Shown here: piece after piece, positions 41,846-50,471 of the stretch
How the letters are laid out: each line of letters starts with the position of its first letter
Position numbering within the stretch: the first letter of the stretch is position 1
Origin: an uncultured virus (IMG/VR IMGVR_UViG_3300036761_004198)
Lineage: Duplodnaviria > Heunggongvirae > Uroviricota > Caudoviricetes
Reading direction: 5' to 3' (one strand)
DNA length: 64,000 nucleotides
Virus record (IMG/VR): IMGVR_UViG_3300036761_004198
Translations under genes and position numbers: made by a program
Notes under the pieces: model-generated
What the model was told of the DNA's origin: nothing
What the model saw: only the letters and a program-made list of their open reading frames with translations
The model's database searches: none

Positions 41846-42997
41846 TCACGGTTCCGACGTGAGCCGCTGATCGCGCTGACGCAGCTCCTCGAATTTGAGG
41901 AGCCCTTGTTTGTACGCGTCGGGGATGCCTTCGAGGCCGAACCGTGCTCCGAGAATCGCGCCCGCGATCGCGCCACGGGTGTCCGCATCGCCACCGAGCT
42001 TGACCGCCGCGATCACGCCGTCGCGGAAGTTGGTCGCCCAGAGCGCGCAGTAGATCGCCGACGCCGTGATCTGCCACGCGTTACCGCGACGGCCGGCGCA
42101 TTCGCTCGTGAACAGCTCCGGGGAGTGGCCAAGCACGAGCGCCGCGTGCGCGTCGGCGAGGCTCTTCTCGACGTGCGTCGGCGGGCTAACGAGCGTTGCA
42201 CGGTGAATCGCCGCGAGCACGCGAGGCAGCACGTCTGTCGGCTCGATGCCCTGGAGCACGAGATGGACCGAGAGCGCTACGGCGAAACTTGCAGCAACGG
42301 CTTCAGGATCTGCGTGCGTGATGTACGCGTCTTGGCGGCACGCGTTGAAGATCGTTGACTCGTTCGAGAAGTAAGCGCCGATCGGCGCGGCACGCATCGG
42401 CGGTGCGCTGCCGACCTTGTTGGGATCGTCGAACGAGATGCCGCTACGGCGCCAGTCCGCGCCGATCGCGAGCTTCTCCATCGCAGCACGCGTTGTCCCG
42501 CCCATGCCGTGGGGCGTCGCCTGCGACCACGCGAGGTAACGCCGCGCGACGTCGCGACCGTCGAAGCCGTTACACGCGTGCAGCGACGTCGCGAGGCACT
42601 CGGCCATCTCGGTGTCATCGGTCCAGTGGCCGGCAGGCAGCTTGTGCCATGTGCCGGGCTGATACGAGCCGTCCCATGTCGCGAGATCGGAATGAACCTC
42701 GTCGCCGAGCTTCTCGAAGGGCATTCCGAGCGCGTCGCCCACTGCCTGACCGACGAGTACCGCTGGAGTCATGACAGAACGTAGATGCCGTGGATCGTGC
42801 ACAGGCTTCCACGGACCGACCTCGTAGTCAGCGTCGGGAAGCTCGAAGCGGCGCGGGTCCTGGTAGCCGCACGCGAGACACGACGGGTTGAGCGCCTGGC
42901 AGTCGCGGGACCTCCGACACTTCGGACAGGTGAACGTGTTCGTGGACGCGTCGACGCCCGGCGCGAAGCCTCGGACTACCTGCGGGGTGCTGACCAT
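41846..42997 (-). CDS. ADP-ribosylglycohydrolase with N-terminal Zn-ribbon (alternative start 42772)
   Basis: GQAVGDALG, WTDDTEM, MRAAP, TH, GGDADT. Confidence 0.92.
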   Translation of the reverse strand: MVSTPQVVRGFAPGVDASTNTFTCPKCRRSRDCQALNPSCLACGYQDPRRFELPDADYEVGPWKPVHDPRHLRSVMTPAVLVGQAVGDALGMPFEKLGDEVHSDLATWDGSYQPGTWHKLPAGHWTDDTEMAECLATSLHACNGFDGRDVARRYLAWSQATPHGMGGTTRAAMEKLAIGADWRRSGISFDDPNKVGSAPPMRAAPIGAYFSNESTIFNACRQDAYITHADPEAVAASFAVALSVHLVLQGIEPTDVLPRVLAAIHRATLVSPPTHVEKSLADAHAALVLGHSPELFTSECAGRRGNAWQITASAIYCALWATNFRDGVIAAVKLGGDADTRGAIAGAILGARFGLEGIPDAYKQGLLKFEELRQRDQRLTSEP

Positions 42998-43024
42998 AGT
43001 GTAAAGCGTACACCCTTATGGGCC

Positions 43025-43040
43025 GGGTATCCAGCTACCC
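43025..43040 (+). promoter_or_regulatory. GGGT-N8-ACCC box separated from its partner (50472) by the transposon
   Basis: GGGTATCCAGCTACCC followed by GTATCTTGAG, as in other distal boxes. Confidence 0.7.
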
Positions 43041-43709
43041 GTATCTTGAGCGCGCCGATCACGGAAGGCGGCTGCGCCTCAAAACCCCGTCGGAAATCCG
43101 ACCTTTTGAGGAATCGCCCTGGGTTTTGAGGTAGGAAAATTCGACTCGCGTCGCATTTTGAGGAAGCGCGGTGCTACTCGCGTCGCCATTCGACAACCTG
43201 GTACGGCGTGCCGCGACGACTCGACGACCCGACGAGAGTAGAACTACGGTTTCCTCAAAACCCGACGGAAGTAGAACCGCTGAGAACGTCCCCCCGCCAG
43301 GTGACGCCAAGATGACGCCAAGATGGTGCAACGCTCATCGGCTTGGCTGCTCTACAGTTCCGAAGCATGCTTGACGACAAGGCCGCTGAAATCTGCTTCG
43401 GCTTGAGGAACGCGCTCGATGTCTTACTACCTGAGGAGCCGCGAATTCAGGTCGAGGTTCTACTTCTCGTCGCTGTTCGATTACGACTGGATGCTGGAAG
43501 CGATCGGGCGACCGCTTATACGGAAGTTTCGGAACTGTTGCGATCAATCGAAGAACGAGGTCGATCGCCGATGCTGTCGCTCGTCCCGTGATCGCGCGCG
43601 AACGCGACCGGAACCGGACCTGATCGCCTTCTGGACGTACTTATCGAACTAGGGAGAGCACGGGGCATTTTCTTGGCCCTCAAGATCCATCGGCCGACGA
43701 TCTCGCGGA

Positions 43710-44417
43710 GTGCCTCGGAGGAAGAAACGCCCGTACACGGCGACGAAGGAAGAATGGGCCGAGCTGGCCCCGCAGCTCCACAACACGACGAAGGAGGAGT
43801 ACGAGGCGATCGTCAGACGCATTCACACGCTGACGAAGGAAGACTGGGACGAGGTCGTCGGCAACATCACGCGCGGCAGCTACCTCGACAGCGCGCCGTT
43901 TCGCAAGAAGGCCGACGAATTCGCGCTCGCCCTGGAGAAGAAGGGCTGCCAAGCGCATCGCGACGCTGATCGACTGGAGGTCCTGAGCTACTTCCGAGAG
44001 AAGGCGAAGGACGTGCGCGTGTCCGAGTATTCGCGGAGCGCGCTCAAGGCCGAGCTGGAGGCAGAAAAGTACGACGATCGCTTCTTTCACTTCGTCGACT
44101 TCCTGTTTGATCAGCTCGTCGAGACCGGCCTCCGCATGCACAAGCAGCTTCGTCAGCAGGCGGCGACGATTTTGGACGTAGCCGAGTACGTCTACGAAGA
44201 GCTGGCCGCGCACGAGCGTCTCATCAAGGCGATCCGACGAAAGCGTCGCACGTACGACGGCGCCCCGCCGACGCGGCGCCTGATGTCGATCGTGTCCCTG
44301 ATGATCACGTCAGACATCGATCCCAAGGAGATGTCCGAGCAGCTCCGCAAGCGCGGGATCCGTCTGAAGCCCAAGACCCTGAGCGTGTACCGTTGGCGCC
44401 GCATGACCGGCAAGTAA
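43710..44417 (+). CDS. hypothetical protein, possible C-terminal HTH (cargo)
   Basis: Helical 235 aa ORF; start uncertain. Confidence 0.6.
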   Translation: MPRRKKRPYTATKEEWAELAPQLHNTTKEEYEAIVRRIHTLTKEDWDEVVGNITRGSYLDSAPFRKKADEFALALEKKGCQAHRDADRLEVLSYFREKAKDVRVSEYSRSALKAELEAEKYDDRFFHFVDFLFDQLVETGLRMHKQLRQQAATILDVAEYVYEELAAHERLIKAIRRKRRTYDGAPPTRRLMSIVSLMITSDIDPKEMSEQLRKRGIRLKPKTLSVYRWRRMTGK

Positions 44418-44435
44418 CAGAACGTCGTCGGGCGC

Positions 44436-44795
44436 TTAACCGCCTTTCCACGGCCTCAAGTCATGCGCGCGCGTTTCGACCGCTACGCCATCAACGAGTA
44501 CAACAACGCGATCGTCGTGCGATCCGAGTCGATATCGGATCAACTTACCGACTTGGCTCGTCGAAACGATGTGAACCTTGTCACCCATCACGACGCCAAA
44601 CGATCCGCCTTGACCGTCTGGATCTGGACCGACGAGTACACGATGCCCCATTTGCGCTTCGTAGCCCAAGGGCAGGTCAAGAATGACTCCAAAGTGCTCC
44701 GCGCAGAAGTCTGTGCTTGCATCGCAGGCTGCGCATCGCGGGGAATGCAACACGCTGGCGCGATCGGTCCAGTGGGAGTCGTCGTCGTTCATCAT
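44436..44795 (-). CDS. hypothetical protein (cargo)
   Basis: TAATG coupling to upstream gene, GGAGG RBS. Confidence 0.55.
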   Translation of the reverse strand: MMNDDDSHWTDRASVLHSPRCAACDASTDFCAEHFGVILDLPLGYEAQMGHRVLVGPDPDGQGGSFGVVMGDKVHIVSTSQVGKLIRYRLGSHDDRVVVLVDGVAVETRAHDLRPWKGG

Positions 44796-45193
44796 TACCT
44801 CGAAACCTCCGTACGCAGCAGACAGAGAATTTCCCTCGGGCTCACCGTGATCCAACCGCTTATCTTCGAGTAGTCCGGGTAGTTGATTACGTCGAGAGCC
44901 TCGTCGTACCAACGAAGGATCCTCGCGACAGCATCGCCGCCGCCCGCGATGCCAGCGTGCTGCGCGTACCAGTCACACATCCGACCGTCGTGACCGAGGT
45001 ACTCGTAGACGCCATCGAAGCGGGCTCCGCACGAGCAATCGATGATCGAGCTGCGGTTGCCAGGACCGCCTTTGATCGTGCGCTTGAGCCGTGGGGAGTG
45101 ATAGGTGGTTGGCTCGTCCTTTGGAGCTTCACCGAAGGGCTGCACAGCGTTGCCCACGCGGATGTCTTTGATGATCCAGTTGTCGGTGCTCAC
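44795..45193 (-). CDS. hypothetical protein (cargo)
   Basis: TAGGCT 6 nt before GTG. Confidence 0.55.
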   Translation of the reverse strand: MSTDNWIIKDIRVGNAVQPFGEAPKDEPTTYHSPRLKRTIKGGPGNRSSIIDCSCGARFDGVYEYLGHDGRMCDWYAQHAGIAGGGDAVARILRWYDEALDVINYPDYSKISGWITVSPREILCLLRTEVSR

Positions 45194-45206
45194 GGGTGGA
45201 GCCTAG

Positions 45207-45294
45207 CGTAACAGAACGTCATCGATTTCGCCCGTTCAGTTGCTCAAGCGCTCCAGGGTAACGAAACGCTTCGCGACGACGACATTCTGTAGCC
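45207..45294. repeat. two tandem 38-bp palindromic sites
   Basis: 45207-45244 CGTAACAGAA..TTCAGTTGCT; 45257-45294 GGTAACGAAA..TTCTGTAGCC. Confidence 0.65.
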
Positions 45295-45392
45295 GTATTG
45301 CGGATTCGCGCCGCGCTTCGCGGCGTTGCGAGAGTCACAAGACGAAAGATCATCGCGAGCACTGTGACCGTTTTCATCGGTATCTAAGCCGC

Positions 45393-46265
45393 GTGTCGAC
45401 GAGTTCACGCGACGAAGTTCGACGGTTCGCTTTGCTGAAAGCGGCGCTACTCGCGGCTGCACGCGCGGCGGTGGAAAAGCTCAGCGACGATCAGTGCGAG
45501 GTCCTCTACGTGGAGATCGAGCAGCGGCTCGCAGTCGCTGTGCGCGGCACGCCGTCCGTCGCGGAACCCGTCGAGGAACAAACCGCGCTCGCAACGGAGC
45601 CCTCCGAGAAGACGGCAACCGAGACTGATCTACCAATCGCAGTGGTCAAGCGGCGTGCTGCGGAAGACATCGAGCGCGACTACCTCGCAGACCTGATGAA
45701 GCAGGCGAACGGCTCAGTCACCGTGGCAGCACGCCTGGCCGACGAAGATCGGACGAACTTCCGACGACGTCTCCAGCGCGCCGGGTTGCGTGCACGAGGC
45801 CAGATGAAGCCCGGACCCAAGTACACCGATCAAATCCTGAAGATCCTCGACGAGCACAAGATCGGACTTCGCACATACGAGATCGCCGAGCGGACCGGCC
45901 AGACGGTCCCCAACGCGTTCCGAATCCTGAAGCTGCTTGAGAAGCAGGAGCGCGCGGTTCGGCACGGCAAGCGCACGAGCACGCTGTGGACACTTCCGGG
46001 TGACGTCCCCGAGCAGCGCATCGAGACGATCCAGGCCGTGATCGTCGACGTGCTCTCGAAGGGAGCAGTCCCGATGGATCGCTGTGTCCTAGAGATCCAG
46101 GTCGATCGTTTCCTCCGCGAGAAGGGCCGCAAGCTCAAGTCCTCGACGCTCATGTCCGAGATCGGGCGCCTCGTCGAGAAGGGCATCGTCGCGTTCCACG
46201 GCGCGAACGAGCACGGCCCGATGTTCGCGTTGACGGTCCCAGAAGGAGAGCCCGATGTGAACTGA
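45393..46265 (+). CDS. Fis-type HTH plus winged-HTH multidomain DNA-binding protein
   Basis: ERDYLADLMKQANGSVTVAARLADEDRTNFRRRLQRAGL; LRTYEIAERTGQTVPNAFRILKLLE; start uncertain. Confidence 0.75.
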   Translation: MSTSSRDEVRRFALLKAALLAAARAAVEKLSDDQCEVLYVEIEQRLAVAVRGTPSVAEPVEEQTALATEPSEKTATETDLPIAVVKRRAAEDIERDYLADLMKQANGSVTVAARLADEDRTNFRRRLQRAGLRARGQMKPGPKYTDQILKILDEHKIGLRTYEIAERTGQTVPNAFRILKLLEKQERAVRHGKRTSTLWTLPGDVPEQRIETIQAVIVDVLSKGAVPMDRCVLEIQVDRFLREKGRKLKSSTLMSEIGRLVEKGIVAFHGANEHGPMFALTVPEGEPDVN

Positions 46266-46292
46266 TCGTCCCTCCCCACAACCAACGAAGAA

Positions 46293-46487
46293 TCACTTCG
46301 CGGCGGCGTTCGCCTTCCGCTCGATTTCGCGCATCGCCACCGACAACATCCACGAACTGAGCCCGAGGCACTCCTTCGCCGCCGCCTCGGCCAGCACCTT
46401 CTTCTGCGCCTCGGTGACGCGGATGAGGATTCCTTTGTCCTTGATGCGCACCGGCTGCGCCTTCTTCGCCTTGGTCTTTGCCGCCAT
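46293..46487 (-). CDS. ribbon-helix-helix regulator divergent from the transposase
   Basis: ILIRVTEAQKKVLAEAAAKECLGLSSWM. Confidence 0.75.
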   Translation of the reverse strand: MAAKTKAKKAQPVRIKDKGILIRVTEAQKKVLAEAAAKECLGLSSWMLSVAMREIERKANAAAK

Positions 46488-46543
46488 GTCCTTGATAGCC
46501 CTTGTATATCCATTGGCGCACGGAGTCAATCCCATGAGTTGTC

Positions 46544-46558
46544 ATAGCCATTGGCTAT
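46544..46558. promoter_or_regulatory. palindrome ATAGCCA-T-TGGCTAT, probable operator
   Basis: Perfect inverted repeat between divergent RHH and transposase starts. Confidence 0.5.
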
Positions 46559-46570
46559 ACATTGGTCATC

Positions 46571-47959
46571 ATGAACGACGAGATCTCCTCCCCGGATTCC
46601 TCCGACGTCCGCTCGCAACGTGGCCTCGCGCTCGCGCAGGCGAACAAGGACTCGATCAAGGCGCTCGTCGGTACGAAGTATCTCGTACCGAGCGCTGCGT
46701 CGAACGGCAGCCGCTACGTGGTCGACACGAAGGCAGAGACTTGCTCGTGCTTGGACTGGTCCAAGCTCGGCGGCCACGACCGGCCCCATCGCTGCAAGCA
46801 CCTGTGGGCGGTGATCTACGTGCTCAAGCTGGCGGACGGAAGCGAGCTGATCATGTCTGAGCGACCCGAGGTTCCCCGCGAGCCGCGCCCGAAGTACCCG
46901 CGGAACCACAAGCTGATCAACGCATGCCGCACGCTGATCCCGCACTTCGGCCCGCACTTCTGCGAGCTGCTCGTGGACGGGCTCGGGCTGCGCGGACGCG
47001 CGGCCGGCGAGAACGGCCGGCCTGGGGTCCCGCTGCGCGATGTGTTCTTGGTCGCGCTGATCCGCGCCTTCGAGAACCTCACCGCGGGCGAGGCTGTCGT
47101 CCAGGCAGGGCGCTACTGGAAGCTCGGCCTCATCAGCCTGACCAAGATGCCGTCCTACAACACGCTGCTCCGCGTGTTCGCCGATCCGGTTCACATGGCG
47201 ATGCTTCACCGGTTGCTCGCGGGCTCCGCGCTGCCGCTCATCGGGCTCGAAGAGGTCTTCGCGGTCGATGGGACCGGGTTCGGCTCTAGCGTGTACGACT
47301 GCCATCACACGCAGAAGCATGGGTCCGACGCGGCGAAGCGGACGCCGACACCCCACCACGCGTGGGCGCAGGCCACGCTCGTCTTCGGCGTGCGCACGCT
47401 CTGCGTTCCCGCTGCGCAGGTCTCGCAGCAGTGCGGCGAGTGCCCCTTCATGCCCGAGCTGGTTCGGCGCATCGTCGCCGGTGGTGGCCGCATCGTGGAT
47501 TGGTGCGGCGACGCCGCGTACACCGCCTGGTACAACGTCGTCGCCGTCGAGGAAGCGGGCGGGAGCCCCTACTTCGATTGGCCCAAGGGCGTCACGGGAA
47601 AGACGCGGCCCGAGACGCTGGGACGCCTGTACAGCCGGTTTCGCGACGACCAGGACCTGTACTGGAAACACTACGGCAAGCGGTCGCTGTCCGAGAGCGG
47701 CATCAACGTCATCAAGACGCGGTTCGGACACTCGCTCCGCTCGCGATCGGAGCACGCCATGTACGCGGAAGTGATGCTCCGTCTCGTCGCGCACAACATC
47801 GCTCAGCTCATCCAGGCGGTGGAGAAGTTCAACGTGGATCCACGCTACTGGGCGCAGGATCTGATCGCCAAGCTCCCCGACTTCGGCACCGCGATGCCGC
47901 CCGACAGCGCGCTCGTGCGGCTCGGCGCGAAGCCTTTAGAGACCACGGAGGCCGAGTAG
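46571..47959 (+). CDS. DDE transposase with N-terminal SWIM Zn finger
   Basis: CSC...CKH SWIM; AVDGTG, GDAAY, YGKRSLSESGINVIK (Y-2-R-3-E-6-K). Confidence 0.9.
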   Translation: MNDEISSPDSSDVRSQRGLALAQANKDSIKALVGTKYLVPSAASNGSRYVVDTKAETCSCLDWSKLGGHDRPHRCKHLWAVIYVLKLADGSELIMSERPEVPREPRPKYPRNHKLINACRTLIPHFGPHFCELLVDGLGLRGRAAGENGRPGVPLRDVFLVALIRAFENLTAGEAVVQAGRYWKLGLISLTKMPSYNTLLRVFADPVHMAMLHRLLAGSALPLIGLEEVFAVDGTGFGSSVYDCHHTQKHGSDAAKRTPTPHHAWAQATLVFGVRTLCVPAAQVSQQCGECPFMPELVRRIVAGGGRIVDWCGDAAYTAWYNVVAVEEAGGSPYFDWPKGVTGKTRPETLGRLYSRFRDDQDLYWKHYGKRSLSESGINVIKTRFGHSLRSRSEHAMYAEVMLRLVAHNIAQLIQAVEKFNVDPRYWAQDLIAKLPDFGTAMPPDSALVRLGAKPLETTEAE

Positions 47960-47961
47960 TC

Positions 47962-48231
47962 ATGGCGTACCGCGATCTCTCGCTCGACGAGCAGCGGAAC
48001 GTACTCGACATGCTGCGCGCGCTGCGTGCTCGGTTCGGCAACTGGTTCACTGTCGAAAAGGCCCTCCCGATCTCGCACAGCCAGCGCGTCGAGATGACCG
48101 AGGGGCGCACCGAGGTGAGCACGACGATCGCGTTCCGCATCGCCAAGCTCCTGGAGGTCTCGCTCCACGATGTGATCCAAGGCGTCGCGCTACCCAAGTC
48201 GACGTGCCCGCACTGCGGGAAAGTGATCTAG
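47962..48231 (+). CDS. XRE-like HTH protein with C-terminal CPHC
   Basis: IAFRIAKLLEVSLHDV; CPHCG. Confidence 0.6.
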   Translation: MAYRDLSLDEQRNVLDMLRALRARFGNWFTVEKALPISHSQRVEMTEGRTEVSTTIAFRIAKLLEVSLHDVIQGVALPKSTCPHCGKVI

Positions 48232-48255
48232 CCTGCGGGAGTGGGATCTACTTGA

Positions 48256-48293
48256 GGCGACAAAACGACACCCTGACAGCCCGTTTTGTTACC
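48256..48293. repeat. 38-bp palindromic site
   Basis: GGCGACAAAACG-N14-CGTTTTGTTACC. Confidence 0.7.
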
Positions 48294-48301
48294 TTTGCCG
48301 C

Positions 48302-48898
48302 ATGCAGATCCATGCAGAGCCCACCAATGGCACGTGCTCGGCGTGCGGCGAGCAGCAGCGCGTGGTTGCCGTGACCATCGGCGCTACGACCTCCAGGCTG
48401 TGTCGCGAGTGTGGCGGCCACGCGGCGACCACGATCCAGGACAAGCTGTCGATCCTCAACAGCTCGGTGCCCTCGGACGACGAGGTGACGTCGTCGTCGG
48501 TCGCTTCATTTGCGACCTATCCACGTGACCTGCTCCTCGACGAACTGGTCATGTGTGCGGTGAACTACCGCGTGGGACCGCTCGACGCCGACAAGCGCCG
48601 TATCGCGACAGCATTGCTGGAACGCCTTGCCACGTTGGGGCTCGCGCGCAAGGTGCATCGTACAGGGTGCGAGATCTGGCCGAAGTACCGTCTCTGCGAC
48701 TGCCCCTGGGAGGCAGGCCGAGCGGAGCACGGGATGGTCCCATTCCTCACCGATCGCCAACGATATTCTCTGCGCTGCCTGAGAGACTTCGCGCGGCCTC
48801 GTCTCGCATCCGCCGAAGCGGAACATCAGAATCGCTGCGATCCAGGACTCTCTTGGCTTGATGACCTTCTTGATGGAAAGGGCTGCGATGCAGCGTAA
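48302..48898 (+). CDS. hypothetical Cys-rich protein (cargo)
   Basis: CSAC...CREC; ATG 8 nt after the 38-bp site. Confidence 0.55.
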   Translation: MQIHAEPTNGTCSACGEQQRVVAVTIGATTSRLCRECGGHAATTIQDKLSILNSSVPSDDEVTSSSVASFATYPRDLLLDELVMCAVNYRVGPLDADKRRIATALLERLATLGLARKVHRTGCEIWPKYRLCDCPWEAGRAEHGMVPFLTDRQRYSLRCLRDFARPRLASAEAEHQNRCDPGLSWLDDLLDGKGCDAA

Positions 48899-49514
48899 TT
48901 CAACAAGGCTGCCTCCGCTCGATCATGTCTTGGGTGGTGGACTCGTTCGGGCCTCTGTCGTTCTGCTCGTGGGCCGGCCCGGCGTAGGCAGAACGAACCT
49001 TACACTTCAGATGCTCAACGGGCTTCGTCATCGCTGTCTCTACGCCACAACCGAGGAGACGCGTGAGCACGTCGCGGCGACAGCTAGCCGCATCGGTGCC
49101 GCATCCGATCTGGTCTCTGTGATCACCGAGCGAGACCTCAACAAGATCCTTGCTGAAGCGCAGGCTGTTCACGCTCAGACGATCGCGATCGATACGATCC
49201 AGAAGCTGTACAGCGATGTCGGAGCCCAGCCCGGATCTCCGACGCAGCTCAAGAAGTGCGTGGAGCGGTTGGTCTCATACGCGAAGGACAACGACACAGC
49301 TATTTGGCTCGTTGGTCACGTTACGCAAGCTGGCGACATCGCCGGCCCCAGAGCAATCGAACACTCCGTTGATGTGACGCTCCAACTGGAACTGGAACTG
49401 GAACCGTCTGCCGACAACGAACGAACCTTGCGCTGTGCCGGCAAAAATCGTTTCGGTTCAACCAGCCCGGTGGGTCGATTCGAGCTGACCAAGAGCGGTT
49501 TCGTCACCATCTAG
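48888..49514 (+). CDS. truncated RadA/Sms-like ATPase domain
   Basis: LDHVLGGG, GRPGVGRT, IDTIQ, LVGHVT..G.IAGP..IEH.VD, KNRFG; no Zn finger or Lon-like domain. Confidence 0.85.
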   Translation: MQRNSTRLPPLDHVLGGGLVRASVVLLVGRPGVGRTNLTLQMLNGLRHRCLYATTEETREHVAATASRIGAASDLVSVITERDLNKILAEAQAVHAQTIAIDTIQKLYSDVGAQPGSPTQLKKCVERLVSYAKDNDTAIWLVGHVTQAGDIAGPRAIEHSVDVTLQLELELEPSADNERTLRCAGKNRFGSTSPVGRFELTKSGFVTI

Positions 49515-49587
49515 GGCAGCGTCGTGCACGAGCGAGGACTCGCGTGTGGCGCGCGAGGGCACCGAGCTGAGCTGCACGTGCTGATTT

Positions 49588-50115
49588 TTAGGGGCCGTGG
49601 TCCTTGACGATGTACACGCCAGAACGCCGCAGCGAATCCCGTCCAGGCGGATCGGTCATATAGCGCCGAGCCAGTTCGTCGGCACGTCCTTTGGTCATAT
49701 ATGGTCCCGCTACCCACCGATCTCCGGTAGCCCGGCCCGTCTCGAAGATGTGCCACGTCTTCTTCGACCGTGATGTCTTCTTCGTTGCGTGATGCCGCGG
49801 GCCGGCGGTCGTGCCCTGGGGTTCCTCGACGCCGCGTACGTCTCGCCAGGCGCGGGGATCCTCCATGCTCGCAATGAACTCCTTGAAAAACTTCTCCACG
49901 ACCTTGCCGATCGCGTCCCAGTTGCGCGACTTGCAGCCGGTATCCTCGATCGCAAGCCACCCGGGACCGCGGCCGACGAACCTCAGCTCCCCGATCCACT
50001 TGTAGCGCTTTCGCAGCGTCTCTCCTAGGTCGTCGCGCGAACGCGCCGCTTCCTCCCACCAGAGGGCGTCAATTTCGCTTTCGGAGAGCCGTTCGCGAAC
50101 GAAGTCGGGGATGTT
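49588..50115 (-). pseudogene. 5'-truncated two-module gene with HHATKK linker
   Basis: Frame open from ~50166 to 49588 with no ATG/GTG/TTG until 49899; protein-like sequence begins at the 38-bp site. Confidence 0.5.
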
Positions 50116-50153
50116 GGTAACAAAATGCGCGTTTCTTGCTTCGTTCTGTGACC
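50116..50153. repeat. 38-bp palindromic site
   Basis: GGTAACAAAATG-N14-CGTTCTGTGACC. Confidence 0.75.
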
Positions 50154-50471
50154 ACGCGGATCTCGGTCAGGGTGCGTTCACACCCGGCTCTCGCGCGCCA
50201 CGCGATCGTGATTTTCGGGACACTGGGTCGACGGTGACCCGGATCGTGATCACGTATTTAGCTCGGTGCGATTCCTGCCGAGTTTTAAGGAAACGCGGTG
50301 CGATTACCGTCGGACCTCGGTTCTAGTCCAGTCGGCGCAGCTCTCGCGTTCCGCGAATCGACGCGCGTGGTTACCGGATGTTGGCTGGGGTTTTGGGGAA
50401 GGCGTCAGGGTATTGAGGAACCGACCCCTTTTGAGGCGCAGCCACGGAAGGCGCTGTGTACCGTCCGCGAC

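Larger units (their letters stand above)
43070..50443. mobile_element. 7374-bp cargo transposon, IS4-superfamily-like DDE
   Basis: Perfect 15-bp TIR GGCTGCGCCTCAAAA (43070-84 / 50429-43); 9-bp TSD ACGGAAGGC (43061-69, 50444-52); internal transposase. Confidence 0.9.

Noticed and set aside
44463..44873. Plus-strand 136-aa ORF
   Set aside because: The antisense gene 44436..44795 has an RBS and TAATG coupling, so it is preferred, though this is not certain.
45332..45370. Sixth 38-bp palindrome (GTCACA...TGTGAC)
   Set aside because: Arm spacing is off by one and the match is weak.
4061..50153. 38-bp sites as Tn3-family terminal inverted repeats
   Set aside because: They are internally palindromic, lack the GGGG terminus and a 5-bp TSD, and lie inside the element.
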